Shown here: positions 10,235 through 19,905 of the stretch, in pieces | Layout: each line of letters opens with the position of its first letter | Position numbering within the stretch: position 1 is the stretch's first letter | Assembly (NCBI GenBank): GCA_963675665.1 | Contig: OY776510.1 | Location: 1,216,001-1,280,000 of the forward strand | DNA: 64,000 nucleotides | Reading direction: 5' to 3' | From: Spirochaetia bacterium | Lineage (GTDB): Bacteria; Spirochaetota; Spirochaetia; UBA9216 | Notes under the pieces: model-generated | Told to the model about the DNA's origin: nothing | What the model saw: only the letters and a program-made list of their open reading frames with translations | The model's database searches: none | Position numbers and translations under genes: made by a program

Positions 10235-11620
10235 TTACCTTCTTGTAAGGATATAACGGTCCAGTTTTGCAATATCTGCTTTAAGAAAAAGCCATGCAGC
10301 AGCCGAAGCGACCGCAGTTCCGGCCAAGTAGGAAAATCCTGCGTGAAGAGGAATGATTGAAAATACTGAAAGCAGGGCAAGAATACCGTTTACTGAAAAA
10401 AACACCAGTGCTGAAAAAAATGCATGACGGTATTGTTCGATATAAAACAGATAATTAATTAACGTCAGAAGCATCAGGTGGAAAAAGACTGCGGCAAGCG
10501 TTGTTCTGAGTATTGTGTCTGATGCAAAAATTATTATTACCAGTGTTACTACCGCCTGAAGAAGGCTTTGTTCCTTGACGGATTCTCCGGTTACCCGAAA
10601 AACAGCTTTTCTGGCTGATACAATCGCAGAGTATCGGCCTCGGGCGATTGTCAGCAGAAAACGCTTAAGTACCGTATAAAATTCGGTTTCGGAGAATACT
10701 ACAAAGAACACCAGGCCCGGTATCATTGTCAGATTGGCAAGATAAACGGGTATGTCGTAAACCTGATAAAGCCGTATAAATGTGCCTGATACGGACTCGC
10801 CGTAAGCAATCCAGAATATCAGCTTGTCAACCCATATTCCGAAATAGTAGACGGCCCCGGCTCCGAAAAGATACCGGTGTCTGATCATATACCTTATAAA
10901 GCCGGAAAACCCCCTGGTTAAGGCAAAACGCGCGGTTGACGGGGTTATGTCTGTCGGAGGTGACGGTTTGGCGGGTTTCCAGGCTGAACGGCAGAGAATT
11001 ATCAGCAGTATTACTATAAGCAGATGGCCCAGGCTGAAGCCCAGCAGTGCTCCTGCAAGTTTGAATGTCGGTAAGAGCAGGTAAATCAGCAGCAGGGATG
11101 AAGCAAGCCCCGCGGTATATACAAGCATGATTTTTATATACCATTTGAGGACCGACACAAAAAGCATGATAATCCACATACAGTTTATTGTAACGAAGAT
11201 AAGGCCTGTTGATGCGCGGAAAAGCAATGCATATTCAATGTTCAGATCCAGGGAAAAAGCTGCCGGCAGCGCGATTGCAGCCGATATCAGTCCTACCGGG
11301 ATGCAGATTCCAAGCACATAACCGAAGGCTTCGTCTTCTTTTTTGAAATAAAGCAGGTCGCTCATCCTTCTGGTGAAAAGGTAATGGAACCCTCCGAAAA
11401 TAAACAGCGAGAAGGCGTATGAATAGATGACCACTCCCATGAACAGCTCTGTTCCGCCGTAGAGCGCCTGTTTAAAGAATGTCTGGATCAGTGATATTGT
11501 GATGATGGATAAAATCCAGGGGCCTGCGACAATCATTGCTCCGGACATTGCTATCTGGAAAAATGACGCTATCCCGCCTTTGCTTATGACCTTTCTGAGT
11601 TCGAACCCGATACCTGCCAT
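10235..11620 (-). CDS. pelG: Pel exopolysaccharide membrane protein PelG
   Basis: Hallmark N-terminus MAGIGFELRK...AGPW; W(V)DKLIFW and YDIPVYLA motifs; multiple TM helices. Confidence 0.92.
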   Translation of the reverse strand: MAGIGFELRKVISKGGIASFFQIAMSGAMIVAGPWILSIITISLIQTFFKQALYGGTELFMGVVIYSYAFSLFIFGGFHYLFTRRMSDLLYFKKEDEAFGYVLGICIPVGLISAAIALPAAFSLDLNIEYALLFRASTGLIFVTINCMWIIMLFVSVLKWYIKIMLVYTAGLASSLLLIYLLLPTFKLAGALLGFSLGHLLIVILLIILCRSAWKPAKPSPPTDITPSTARFALTRGFSGFIRYMIRHRYLFGAGAVYYFGIWVDKLIFWIAYGESVSGTFIRLYQVYDIPVYLANLTMIPGLVFFVVFSETEFYTVLKRFLLTIARGRYSAIVSARKAVFRVTGESVKEQSLLQAVVTLVIIIFASDTILRTTLAAVFFHLMLLTLINYLFYIEQYRHAFFSALVFFSVNGILALLSVFSIIPLHAGFSYLAGTAVASAAAWLFLKADIAKLDRYILTRR

Positions 11621-13050
11621 CAGTTCGGCTCCTTTCTCTTCCGGAGGGGAACTGTCGGGTTTTGTTTGGTACTGAAATCGGAATAGATCCGATGATACCT
11701 CCGGTGCAGGTCAGTTTTATTGTAGTAGGTGACGGCTTTCGACTTGTTGGCTTCGTTAATCTTTTTCATTTCGCCGGGGTGATCATGAATATACTGAATG
11801 CATTCCGCGAGTTTAACGGAGTCTTTTGACGCAGCCAGGAACCGATCATCGTAATCAAGCATTTCAGGGATATTTCCTACGGCTGTGGCAACTGCCGGTA
11901 CGCCGCCGCAATATCCTTCGAGAATGACCAGAGGCTGTGCTTCGCGAACCGAGGTCAGAACCAGTACGTTCAGAAATTTATAATAATCAAGAACATTCTG
12001 TCTTCCGGTGAAAATAAAACGGTCTTCTATTTTAAGACTTTTAACAAGCACCTCGCAATCCCGGTAATAGCCGGGATCTTCATCGGTGGGTCCTATACAG
12101 TAAAATATGGCCTCCGGAATACGTTCGAGAACTATTTTGGCGGTTGAGATGTAGGTTTTAATATCCTTAATTGGCACAACCCGTCCTACCAGGCCGACAT
12201 GAAAGCCTTCTTTTTCCTCACGCTCGATTGAGAAGCGGGGCAGATCAATTCCGTTGGGGATAACTTCCGTAATTTTGGGATCGGCTCCGAGTTCATGCTG
12301 TTTGCGACGGTTTTCTTCAAACAGGGAGATGATCAGGTCGGCCTGTGAGTAACAGATGCGGCTGAACGCGTTATAAAGCCTTATCCACATGTCTCGCTGA
12401 TATCCGCGGATGAGTTTTGATTTACGGATTTCCATTTCGCGTTCCTTGTGGTAAAGACCGTGTTCCGTCAATACAAGCGGTTTGTTTTTTCTTACCCTTG
12501 CCGCCGCCGCTGCAATTCCGGCATATCCGGTCGAGACAGCATGATAGATATCAGCGTCCGGAAGCGCTGCTCCAAGTATTGTAAAGAGCATATCGTGGGC
12601 GGATTTCCAGGCCCAATAATAATCGGTAAATGCGTAGGTCGGATTGTGTTTTGTATTGGCTTCGACAATAAGTTTCCAGCCCGGGTCGCTTTTTACGGAA
12701 TCGTCATACATGAAATAATTTTCGGGAAGAAGTTTAACAAGCCCTTCGAAATCTGCCTTGTTTCCCGTCAGAAACATTGAGTGAAGCAGCTGTATTGCCC
12801 GGAGCAGCTTTTTTTTTGACCCCGGTTTTGCGGTTGACTGGTAATGCTTGTTAAGAACAATATCCTTATGTTCAACTACGTTGACTGGAAGTTTGTAGCG
12901 AAGTTCCATGTTTTCTTCCGGTGATATTGTGAACAGGACAAAATCTATTTCCGGCAGATTAATAATAAGATCATGGGTCCAGGCTGATACGCCCCCGGTT
13001 ATAAAAGGGTAGGAACCTTCAAGTACAATGCATACGCGGGGTTTCTTCAC
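11620..13050 (-). CDS. pelF: GT4 glycosyltransferase PelF (DUF3492 + GT-B)
   Basis: EGSYPFITGGVSAW, HAVSTGYAG, LTEHGLYHKER, GRVVPIKDIKT and the EX7E motif EAQPLVILE. Confidence 0.93.
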   Translation of the reverse strand: MKKPRVCIVLEGSYPFITGGVSAWTHDLIINLPEIDFVLFTISPEENMELRYKLPVNVVEHKDIVLNKHYQSTAKPGSKKKLLRAIQLLHSMFLTGNKADFEGLVKLLPENYFMYDDSVKSDPGWKLIVEANTKHNPTYAFTDYYWAWKSAHDMLFTILGAALPDADIYHAVSTGYAGIAAAAARVRKNKPLVLTEHGLYHKEREMEIRKSKLIRGYQRDMWIRLYNAFSRICYSQADLIISLFEENRRKQHELGADPKITEVIPNGIDLPRFSIEREEKEGFHVGLVGRVVPIKDIKTYISTAKIVLERIPEAIFYCIGPTDEDPGYYRDCEVLVKSLKIEDRFIFTGRQNVLDYYKFLNVLVLTSVREAQPLVILEGYCGGVPAVATAVGNIPEMLDYDDRFLAASKDSVKLAECIQYIHDHPGEMKKINEANKSKAVTYYNKTDLHRRYHRIYSDFSTKQNPTVPLRKRKEPN

Positions 13051-13769
13051 GTCCCCTCCGTCCAGAAATCGATTATTAAAGTCTGGTTTGAGTCCATTCG
13101 CGAACGCAGTTTTTTAAATTCGTTCATTATTCTGTAAAGTTCATTGAAATTGCGTTGTCTGTACGCTATTTCGGCAAGAATAAATCCTGCGTCTATGCCC
13201 TTTATATTATTATCCCTGATAATATTCTTCGCCTGTGAAAGCAGGTTCAGTTTTATTAATATCCGGCTCATATTCAAATGATCTACGGGGTTCAGGCCTT
13301 CAGCCTTGTCCAGTTGTCTGTAGCTTGTAAATGCTTCCCGCAGATAGAAATTCCACAGGTCGGTGACGGCCTTGTTGAGTTCGGCCATTTCCGAGTACAA
13401 TTCGGCTCTTTTGCGGTATTGATTCTCTTTCAGGTTTTCCACAGCCTGGCTGTAATCATTTTCAATCGCATTAATACTCTCGGCAGCGAACAGGGCAATT
13501 TCCTTGTCCGGGTTTTTTATAAGTTTATTTAATAAATTTACAAGAAGAAGATTTGTTTCAAGGTCACGGCCTTTTTGCCCGAGTATACGCTCAATTTCTT
13601 CAAGATTATCCGGGTGATCGAATATCGGTTCTATTGCCGCTGCCTTGTAAATAAAAGCTTCCGGCGGAAGCAGGCCTTCTTCAGCAGCTCTCAGTGCTGC
13701 GAACGGTGTTTTGGGTTCATAATACATATGCCGGGTTTTAACGTATTCGAATCCCTTATTTTTTATCAT
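13047..13769 (-). CDS. PelE-like HEAT/TPR protein with no obvious N-terminal TM helices
   Basis: Lies between the pelD-like gene and pelF with overlapping stop/start codons; HEAT-like LIKNPDKEIALFAAESINAIE and C-terminal TPR-like helices. Confidence 0.65.
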   Translation of the reverse strand: MIKNKGFEYVKTRHMYYEPKTPFAALRAAEEGLLPPEAFIYKAAAIEPIFDHPDNLEEIERILGQKGRDLETNLLLVNLLNKLIKNPDKEIALFAAESINAIENDYSQAVENLKENQYRKRAELYSEMAELNKAVTDLWNFYLREAFTSYRQLDKAEGLNPVDHLNMSRILIKLNLLSQAKNIIRDNNIKGIDAGFILAEIAYRQRNFNELYRIMNEFKKLRSRMDSNQTLIIDFWTEGT

Positions 13770-15169
13770 ATTTTCTGTATCTCCAGGAGGTGTTCGGCAT
13801 GCTGTATAAGCCCGTCGGCGTCCTGTGCGTTTTCTCCGAGAGAGGAATAGCCGATAATCATTTCAGTAAAAACTTCTGAACCGTTTATCAGCCAGCTTGA
13901 AGAATTAATCAGCTCAAGAATTTCCAGGCATAAAAGTGAAGCGCCTTCCGAAGAAAGCCCCGGCACCAGAACAGCCATCTGGTTGTCGGATTTGTACATG
14001 AAAAATTCCGCCAGGCCTGCAGTTTCAAGAAGGATCTCGTCGGTCAGTTTAAGAAAAAGTTTTTTCAGCTCGGCTGCAGGAAAATCAGTCAGAAGATTTG
14101 AATAATTCTGGATTTCTATAATCAGCAGGCTGATTCGGGCGCCTTCTTCGGTTGATGAGGCAATATGTCTTTCAAGTACGCTGAAAAGCTGCGAAAAAAG
14201 CGGAAGCTTTGTATCGGTATCGGTTTCGCTCTGCTGAATTTGTCTGTCGTGCTCAACCGCCCGGGTCAGCGCCGGTCCGGCCAGACTGATAATTATTTCC
14301 AGCAGCCGTTCGGTATGCCGGTTGTATTTCACAAACGGCATTTCTTCGATGTTAAGAACTCCCCAGACCTGTTTGTTCAACGGAATGGGAAGGGTAATAA
14401 GGTTTTTCCCGGTATCCATTCGCTGAAGATGTTCAAAATTGTTAATCATCCTGGCCGAAACGATTCGGTTGTTACGAAAAACCCAGCCTTCAATACTGCC
14501 GTCGATGCCCAGGAGTGAGGATGAATCGTATGTGCTGTTTATGTGTACCGATGCGGGCGAGTAAAGAAACCCGGCAGTCTGGCTTTGTGCCCAGATGGTA
14601 ACGGCAGTAGCCTCAGTGAAAAGCAGAACGGTTTCAAGCAGGGTGTCGAGAGATTTTCCCAGGTTCAGACTGTCCATCCGGTGCATCTGGTTGTACAGGG
14701 TAGTTATGGACAGCCTCTGTCCTGTTATGCGCTCTTCAAGTTCACGGTTAATTTCAAGCTGTGCAGATGATATTTTTCTGGTGCGGTAAAGTTCTTTTAC
14801 TGTTTTTTTAAGATGTTCTCTGGTTTTCTGTAATTTTAACCGGTCTGATTCACGGATTGTACCGAAAAGATAAACAAGAATAACTGCTGCAGACAGGATT
14901 ATTGCGTCTTTTGTGTGAAAATCCCGGATTATTACGATAGAATCTAGGCTGCAGTATACAGCAACGGCTGCAGCGGCAGTCAGAATTGTGAGAAAGCCGA
15001 ATCTTCGGCTGAAAAATACTGCCGAGAACAGTGCAACTGTTATATACGGTGTATACAGTAAGGCGGAAAAACCCGGATCATCCGGATCAAAGATAATGTT
15101 AAGGCAAAACACTGCGGCAGTAATCGCAATTGTTTCTGCGGCCTGTCTTAACTTTCTATTTCGGTTCAT
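13766..15169 (-). CDS. PelD-like protein (TM helices, coiled coil, GAF, degenerate GGDEF)
   Basis: Hydrophobic N-terminus; GAF ...IPLNKQVWGVLNIEEMPF; degenerate GGDEF domain (DTDTKLP...YKSDNQMAVLVP); first gene of the pelDEFG-like run. Confidence 0.75.
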   Translation of the reverse strand: MNRNRKLRQAAETIAITAAVFCLNIIFDPDDPGFSALLYTPYITVALFSAVFFSRRFGFLTILTAAAAVAVYCSLDSIVIIRDFHTKDAIILSAAVILVYLFGTIRESDRLKLQKTREHLKKTVKELYRTRKISSAQLEINRELEERITGQRLSITTLYNQMHRMDSLNLGKSLDTLLETVLLFTEATAVTIWAQSQTAGFLYSPASVHINSTYDSSSLLGIDGSIEGWVFRNNRIVSARMINNFEHLQRMDTGKNLITLPIPLNKQVWGVLNIEEMPFVKYNRHTERLLEIIISLAGPALTRAVEHDRQIQQSETDTDTKLPLFSQLFSVLERHIASSTEEGARISLLIIEIQNYSNLLTDFPAAELKKLFLKLTDEILLETAGLAEFFMYKSDNQMAVLVPGLSSEGASLLCLEILELINSSSWLINGSEVFTEMIIGYSSLGENAQDADGLIQHAEHLLEIQKI

Positions 15170-15212
15170 TTGTAATATATTATATCTGAATGGACACGGG
15201 GGATAAAGGAAA

Positions 15213-18200
15213 ATGTTTCGAAAGAATGTATTTATAATATTATTTTTTTTATTTTCAGCAGTATGGCTGTTTTCTCAGGACAACCTGCTGAAGCCGGTAT
15301 ATCCCGAAAGCAGCACCGGGTTGATATATCTTGAAGGTGAAGATGCGGTTTCGACGAATTTTGCGAATCAGCCGGTATCAAATTTCGGGTGCTCCGGCTT
15401 CCAGGCGGTTCAATTAAACCGGAATACCGGGCTGCAGGGCGGCGCTGCCTTTTTTGCCGAGTTTGTTTTTTATGTTGAAGAGCCGGGCGAGTATGAATTC
15501 TGGTACGGCGGAACACCTCCGGGCCCTTCGGATGAATTAAGTCCGTCGTACGCAAGTCCTTTCCGGTTCAGGATAGATGAGGATGAACCGGTGAAAGTGT
15601 ACCGTGAAGACATCCATGTCATAGAGGGGTATTCTCCCTCATACTACTGGAATAAATGTATAGTCGTGAATTTAACCGAAGGATCGCATCGTCTGAGGAT
15701 AGAAGTGACTGAAAAGCGGGGATTCGACAGCAGGTATTATTTTTATCTGGACAGTCTCTTTTTTCTGAATCGTGCAAAAGTTGACGAAATTGAAAAAATC
15801 AAACCGGCCGTTTTTCCGACGGTCCTTGACAGCGATGCTATTGATAACCCGTTTATGTCCATAACCGATTACCAGAAATATATAAATCTGCATCCGGACG
15901 AGAAAGATGCATATATTGAACTGTCTCTTGTTTTTTCGCTTGTCGGTGACTATCAGGGAGCTCTCAAGACGCTTGCCAAGGCAATGGCGCTGGATGCTTC
16001 CGATTCATACCCGATTGTACTTGCTGCAAAGAACCGTCTCTGGAAGGGGGATGTAAGGGAAAGTCTTGCCCTTTACGACAGGGCTTTGTCGGCAAACCCG
16101 GAAGATCGCGCGCTTTGGGCTGAAGCCGGAAAGGTTGCGGCCTGGACGGCTGAATATGATAAATCGATTGGGTTTTTCACCCGCGGAATCGAAAGGTTTC
16201 CGGATGATCTGAACATGAGGGTCAATCTTGCGCTGACATATCTCTGGATGGCAAGAGATGCCGATGCCGAAGAAGCTTTTTCCATGGCGTTTAAAACCGC
16301 TTCGACCGATCCTGAAAAACTCGGAGAGCTTGGCTGGATAGAGGAAGCCAACGGCTATCCTGAATATGCTCGGGATGTATACCTTCAGTCGATGGAACTT
16401 TATCCTGAATATCTTGAATTCTACCTGTTGCTTCAGAGTTCATACCTGTCTTCCGGGGACCGTGAAGCTGCTGATGATATAGGAAGAAGAATTGAATCAA
16501 CTTTTATCCCATCAGTCAGGCTTCAGAACGAGCTGGCTGTTTACAGGAAGAAACTCAGTCTTCGCGATGAAGTTATTGCGTCATATCTTTCCAGACTGAA
16601 GGAGGAGCCGGGAAATCTTGAACTGAGGCAGGAACTTGCGCAGACTTTTTTCTGGAACGGTATGAGTATTGAGGCCATAGAGCAGATAAAATATGTAATT
16701 ACAACATATTCCTACCGTGCTGCCGAAACCTGGGTTCGCAGGAGCGCCGATGTTCTCAGGCTGATTGACCAGACGGCAGCGCTTGTTCCGTTTTTTGAAA
16801 ATTATAACAGCACCTCCTCAGCAGCTTTAAAAGCGTTGAATTCTGCCGCCGGAATACTGGTAAAGGCGGAAAAAGCAGCGGCAGCCTCCGAAGGGAAAGA
16901 GCAGGAGGACTCGGCCCAGGCCAAAGCAGCATTGCGTGAGGCCCGGCAGAAATTTGCCGATGCTGTAGCGGCGGCCAGGCAGATTGGTACGGAAATGGAA
17001 CTTGTAACCGACGTTGCGGATACTTATAAAAAGGCTGTTGAAGATATTCTTGTCCTTGAAAAAGAGAAAGACGAAGCTTTTACCGGAGTTATCGGTGCAA
17101 GCGGGTGGAGTTGGGCCAAATCATGGCAGATTGACGAACTGACCAGGATAATGACGGTTGAAAAAGCCCTTGCTTCATATATGCTCAGCCGCGTACTTAT
17201 GACTGAAGGAGAGTACGACAGGGCTGCGGAAGTTCTGATGCCGATCCGGGAGGAGGGCATTGTAATTATTGAAACTGCGGAGGATGCGGCAGCGGTTGAA
17301 GCGGCGGAAGCGTCTTCCGGAGAGATAGCAGCTGAAGTTTTGAATGCATATGATTACTCTTTAATGAATACTGATATTCTGTATTCGTTATATCAGGCCC
17401 TTCTTCTCGGAGGCAGGGATGAAGCACGTTCCGTATTATTTGAAAAGGAACGGGATCGGCTGACCGCTGATTATGCTCACCTGATTGATGTAGAGGAAAA
17501 GCTTAAGCTGGCGGAAAATCCGATCGGAAATTCTCCGGCCGGTGTATATTATGATGGGCTCGGTTCCGAAACCGGAGATGTTATAAAAACACTTGAGGAT
17601 TATAAACAGACTGCCTCGGAATATTATAATACGGTTGACAGGCTTTTAAAGCAGTTGAAGGCGGTTGAGGCCAATGAGCTGGAGCGAGCCAACTATTACC
17701 TTGAATCCGACACTTACCTTATTCGTTATGAGCTTGGAAATTACTATCTTGATGAAAGCATGAATGTTGAAGCATCCGAACAGTTTCGAAGGGTAATAGC
17801 TGTTGATCCGTGGAACATCTCGGCTGCATACAAGCTGGGTATTGTTGAGCAGCGTTACGGCAACTGGTCCGAAGCGATGAAATTTTACAAAAAGGTTTAT
17901 CAGCAGGATCCGGCATATGAAAATTCAGTATATTATTACAACCAGCTTGCCCGGGCTCATTCCGATCGAACATCAACGGCTTTTCAGCTAATTAATACCC
18001 CGTCCGAAATCGCTTTTTCAGGAACGCTGGGATGGAGCACGGAGTTTAACAGCACTGTGGGACTGGGCATTGATTATACCCTTGATCAGCAGCGTTTGTA
18101 CCGTGAGCCTTCTAACGAGACCAAAAACACGTTTCAGGTTCATCTTGTTGAAGCATCGTTACCGTTCAGTTTGGGCCGGACAGGTATAAAGGTTACCCCT

Positions 18201-18971
18201 CAAGTCGGTATGTATGCCGAAAGCGTTTTTTATAAGGAAGATGCGTATTTTTCTGACGATGACAGCGTAACCGCCGGGGAATATCTTGATTCGATTTCCA
18301 CTTACATTAAATACGGGGCTAAAGCAGGGTGGAAGTGGAATTTTCTTACTGTTGATGCGTCGTGGGAAAATGCAATCGAGCCCGATACCTTCTATGTGGA
18401 TCGGAATATTGTTCGGAAAAATGATATCGAGCTGAATATAAATACATGGTTTAATTTCGAAGAAGACCTGTTCGGTCCGCTGACAACCAGGACATACGGA
18501 CGACTTCAGCTGTCGAATGATAATAATGTGCGCGGCCAGGTTTTTCAGGATGTAATGTTTGGTTTTAACCTGCTGAGTAATCCTGTTATCAGGCTGTCGC
18601 CTGCAGTTTCGTTTAATTATGAAAACTCGCTTCCGATGCAGGTTAGCGACTATTATGCGCCGAGGAATGTAATTGAGGCGAAGGGCGGATTGCGTTCAGC
18701 TTTTACATTTCCGTCGTCAGATTGGAGCAGGGCTTTTGAAGCGGTTTTATGGTGTGCCGGAGGCGGATACTGGTCGGGGCTGGGTAGTGATTCAGCCTTA
18801 AGCAGCGCGAAAGCGGAAGCCGGCTTGGGCGTTACCTGGGTTAAAAACAGTAATATGTATTATCTGAACCTTAACGGAGCGGGGACTTTCATCGACGGTG
18901 AGAATAATTATTGGGAAATCAGTGTTTCGCTCGGATCAAATCTGGCTTTACCGGGGCTGCTTTCTCCGTAA
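15213..18971 (+). CDS. Exported CBM-like + TPR + C-terminal beta-barrel protein (PelB-like scaffold/porin)
   Basis: Signal peptide; CBM6/35-like LEGEDA...GEYEFWY...LTEGSHRLRI...LDSLF; many TPRs; C-terminal ~330 aa of aromatic, alternating beta strands with YYAP; divergent from the pelD-like gene. Confidence 0.7.
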   Translation: MFRKNVFIILFFLFSAVWLFSQDNLLKPVYPESSTGLIYLEGEDAVSTNFANQPVSNFGCSGFQAVQLNRNTGLQGGAAFFAEFVFYVEEPGEYEFWYGGTPPGPSDELSPSYASPFRFRIDEDEPVKVYREDIHVIEGYSPSYYWNKCIVVNLTEGSHRLRIEVTEKRGFDSRYYFYLDSLFFLNRAKVDEIEKIKPAVFPTVLDSDAIDNPFMSITDYQKYINLHPDEKDAYIELSLVFSLVGDYQGALKTLAKAMALDASDSYPIVLAAKNRLWKGDVRESLALYDRALSANPEDRALWAEAGKVAAWTAEYDKSIGFFTRGIERFPDDLNMRVNLALTYLWMARDADAEEAFSMAFKTASTDPEKLGELGWIEEANGYPEYARDVYLQSMELYPEYLEFYLLLQSSYLSSGDREAADDIGRRIESTFIPSVRLQNELAVYRKKLSLRDEVIASYLSRLKEEPGNLELRQELAQTFFWNGMSIEAIEQIKYVITTYSYRAAETWVRRSADVLRLIDQTAALVPFFENYNSTSSAALKALNSAAGILVKAEKAAAASEGKEQEDSAQAKAALREARQKFADAVAAARQIGTEMELVTDVADTYKKAVEDILVLEKEKDEAFTGVIGASGWSWAKSWQIDELTRIMTVEKALASYMLSRVLMTEGEYDRAAEVLMPIREEGIVIIETAEDAAAVEAAEASSGEIAAEVLNAYDYSLMNTDILYSLYQALLLGGRDEARSVLFEKERDRLTADYAHLIDVEEKLKLAENPIGNSPAGVYYDGLGSETGDVIKTLEDYKQTASEYYNTVDRLLKQLKAVEANELERANYYLESDTYLIRYELGNYYLDESMNVEASEQFRRVIAVDPWNISAAYKLGIVEQRYGNWSEAMKFYKKVYQQDPAYENSVYYYNQLARAHSDRTSTAFQLINTPSEIAFSGTLGWSTEFNSTVGLGIDYTLDQQRLYREPSNETKNTFQVHLVEASLPFSLGRTGIKVTPQVGMYAESVFYKEDAYFSDDDSVTAGEYLDSISTYIKYGAKAGWKWNFLTVDASWENAIEPDTFYVDRNIVRKNDIELNINTWFNFEEDLFGPLTTRTYGRLQLSNDNNVRGQVFQDVMFGFNLLSNPVIRLSPAVSFNYENSLPMQVSDYYAPRNVIEAKGGLRSAFTFPSSDWSRAFEAVLWCAGGGYWSGLGSDSALSSAKAEAGLGVTWVKNSNMYYLNLNGAGTFIDGENNYWEISVSLGSNLALPGLLSP

Positions 18972-18978
18972 TCGGTTT

Positions 18979-19806
18979 TCAGGTTAATCCGAACAGGCTG
19001 CTGCACTCTTTAAACATTGGCTGCTCTGCAAGGCTGTTGCAGAACTCATTAATGTAAAACTGCTTGTCCTCATTTTTAAGGTTTGTTCTCATTAATATAG
19101 CATCAAGCAGCGCTTCATTGGTTTCAGCCAGAGGGCTGTCGGTATAATAGCCTGAAAGAAGATCGGCTGCCGACACTATAAGAATAAGCGTCTTGTGAGA
19201 AGATGTAATGTTCAGACTCTTGTGCTCGCGGGCCGTGTCTACATAGACGGTCGGAAAATTCCAGCTGTTGAGAATTGCTTCTCCGACTTCTTTGTGGTCT
19301 GCTCCGAAGGCGCGTTTTTCGTCGTCCTCGTTTCTTACCGCCATGTATAGTTCGTTGTCGGACTGGTACATGGCTGCGCGGCCGATATCGTGCAGAAGCC
19401 CTGCAAGAAAGGCTTCGTCATGAAGTCGTTTGAATCCGGCTTTGACGGCAATATTCTGCGCCAGAAAAGCGGTTGTGATTGAATGTTTCCAGAAGTACCG
19501 GTAAAAAACGGTTTCTTTTCCGCGTTTAAACATGTTTGAGGCTGACACCAGAAACACGAGACTTTTAATTGTCTTGAAGCCGAGCATTGTGATTGCTATT
19601 TGAAGCGAAGTTATCTCTTTCTGCCTTGCATACATTGCAGAGTTTGCCACTTTCAGTATTTTTGTCGTAAGGCCGGGATCAACCTTAATCAGGTTTTCCA
19701 GGTCCTTGAATGATATGTTAATATTATCTTCAGGAATGCTGACTATTTTTGTGGCGATGTCCGGCATCACCGGCAGAGCATTAAGATATTTTTCGTAGGC
19801 CTTCAT
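18979..19806 (-). CDS. HDOD domain protein
   Basis: DPGLTTKILKVANSA, AITMLG, FWKHS, AGLLHDIG and WNFP motifs. Confidence 0.9.
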   Translation of the reverse strand: MKAYEKYLNALPVMPDIATKIVSIPEDNINISFKDLENLIKVDPGLTTKILKVANSAMYARQKEITSLQIAITMLGFKTIKSLVFLVSASNMFKRGKETVFYRYFWKHSITTAFLAQNIAVKAGFKRLHDEAFLAGLLHDIGRAAMYQSDNELYMAVRNEDDEKRAFGADHKEVGEAILNSWNFPTVYVDTAREHKSLNITSSHKTLILIVSAADLLSGYYTDSPLAETNEALLDAILMRTNLKNEDKQFYINEFCNSLAEQPMFKECSSLFGLT

Positions 19807-19864
19807 ATATTGATGTTCGGCATGAATACGAACATCATTAATCTATATTTACCTGAAGTGAGCA

Positions 19865-19891
19865 GCGGGACTGTTTGCTTTTCAGTCCCGC
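19865..19891 (-). terminator. Stem-loop downstream of the DUF2089 operon
   Basis: gcgggactg/cagtcccgc 9-bp stem; U-tract is weak. Confidence 0.45.
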
Positions 19892-19905
19892 CGGGTTTAA
19901 TTATT

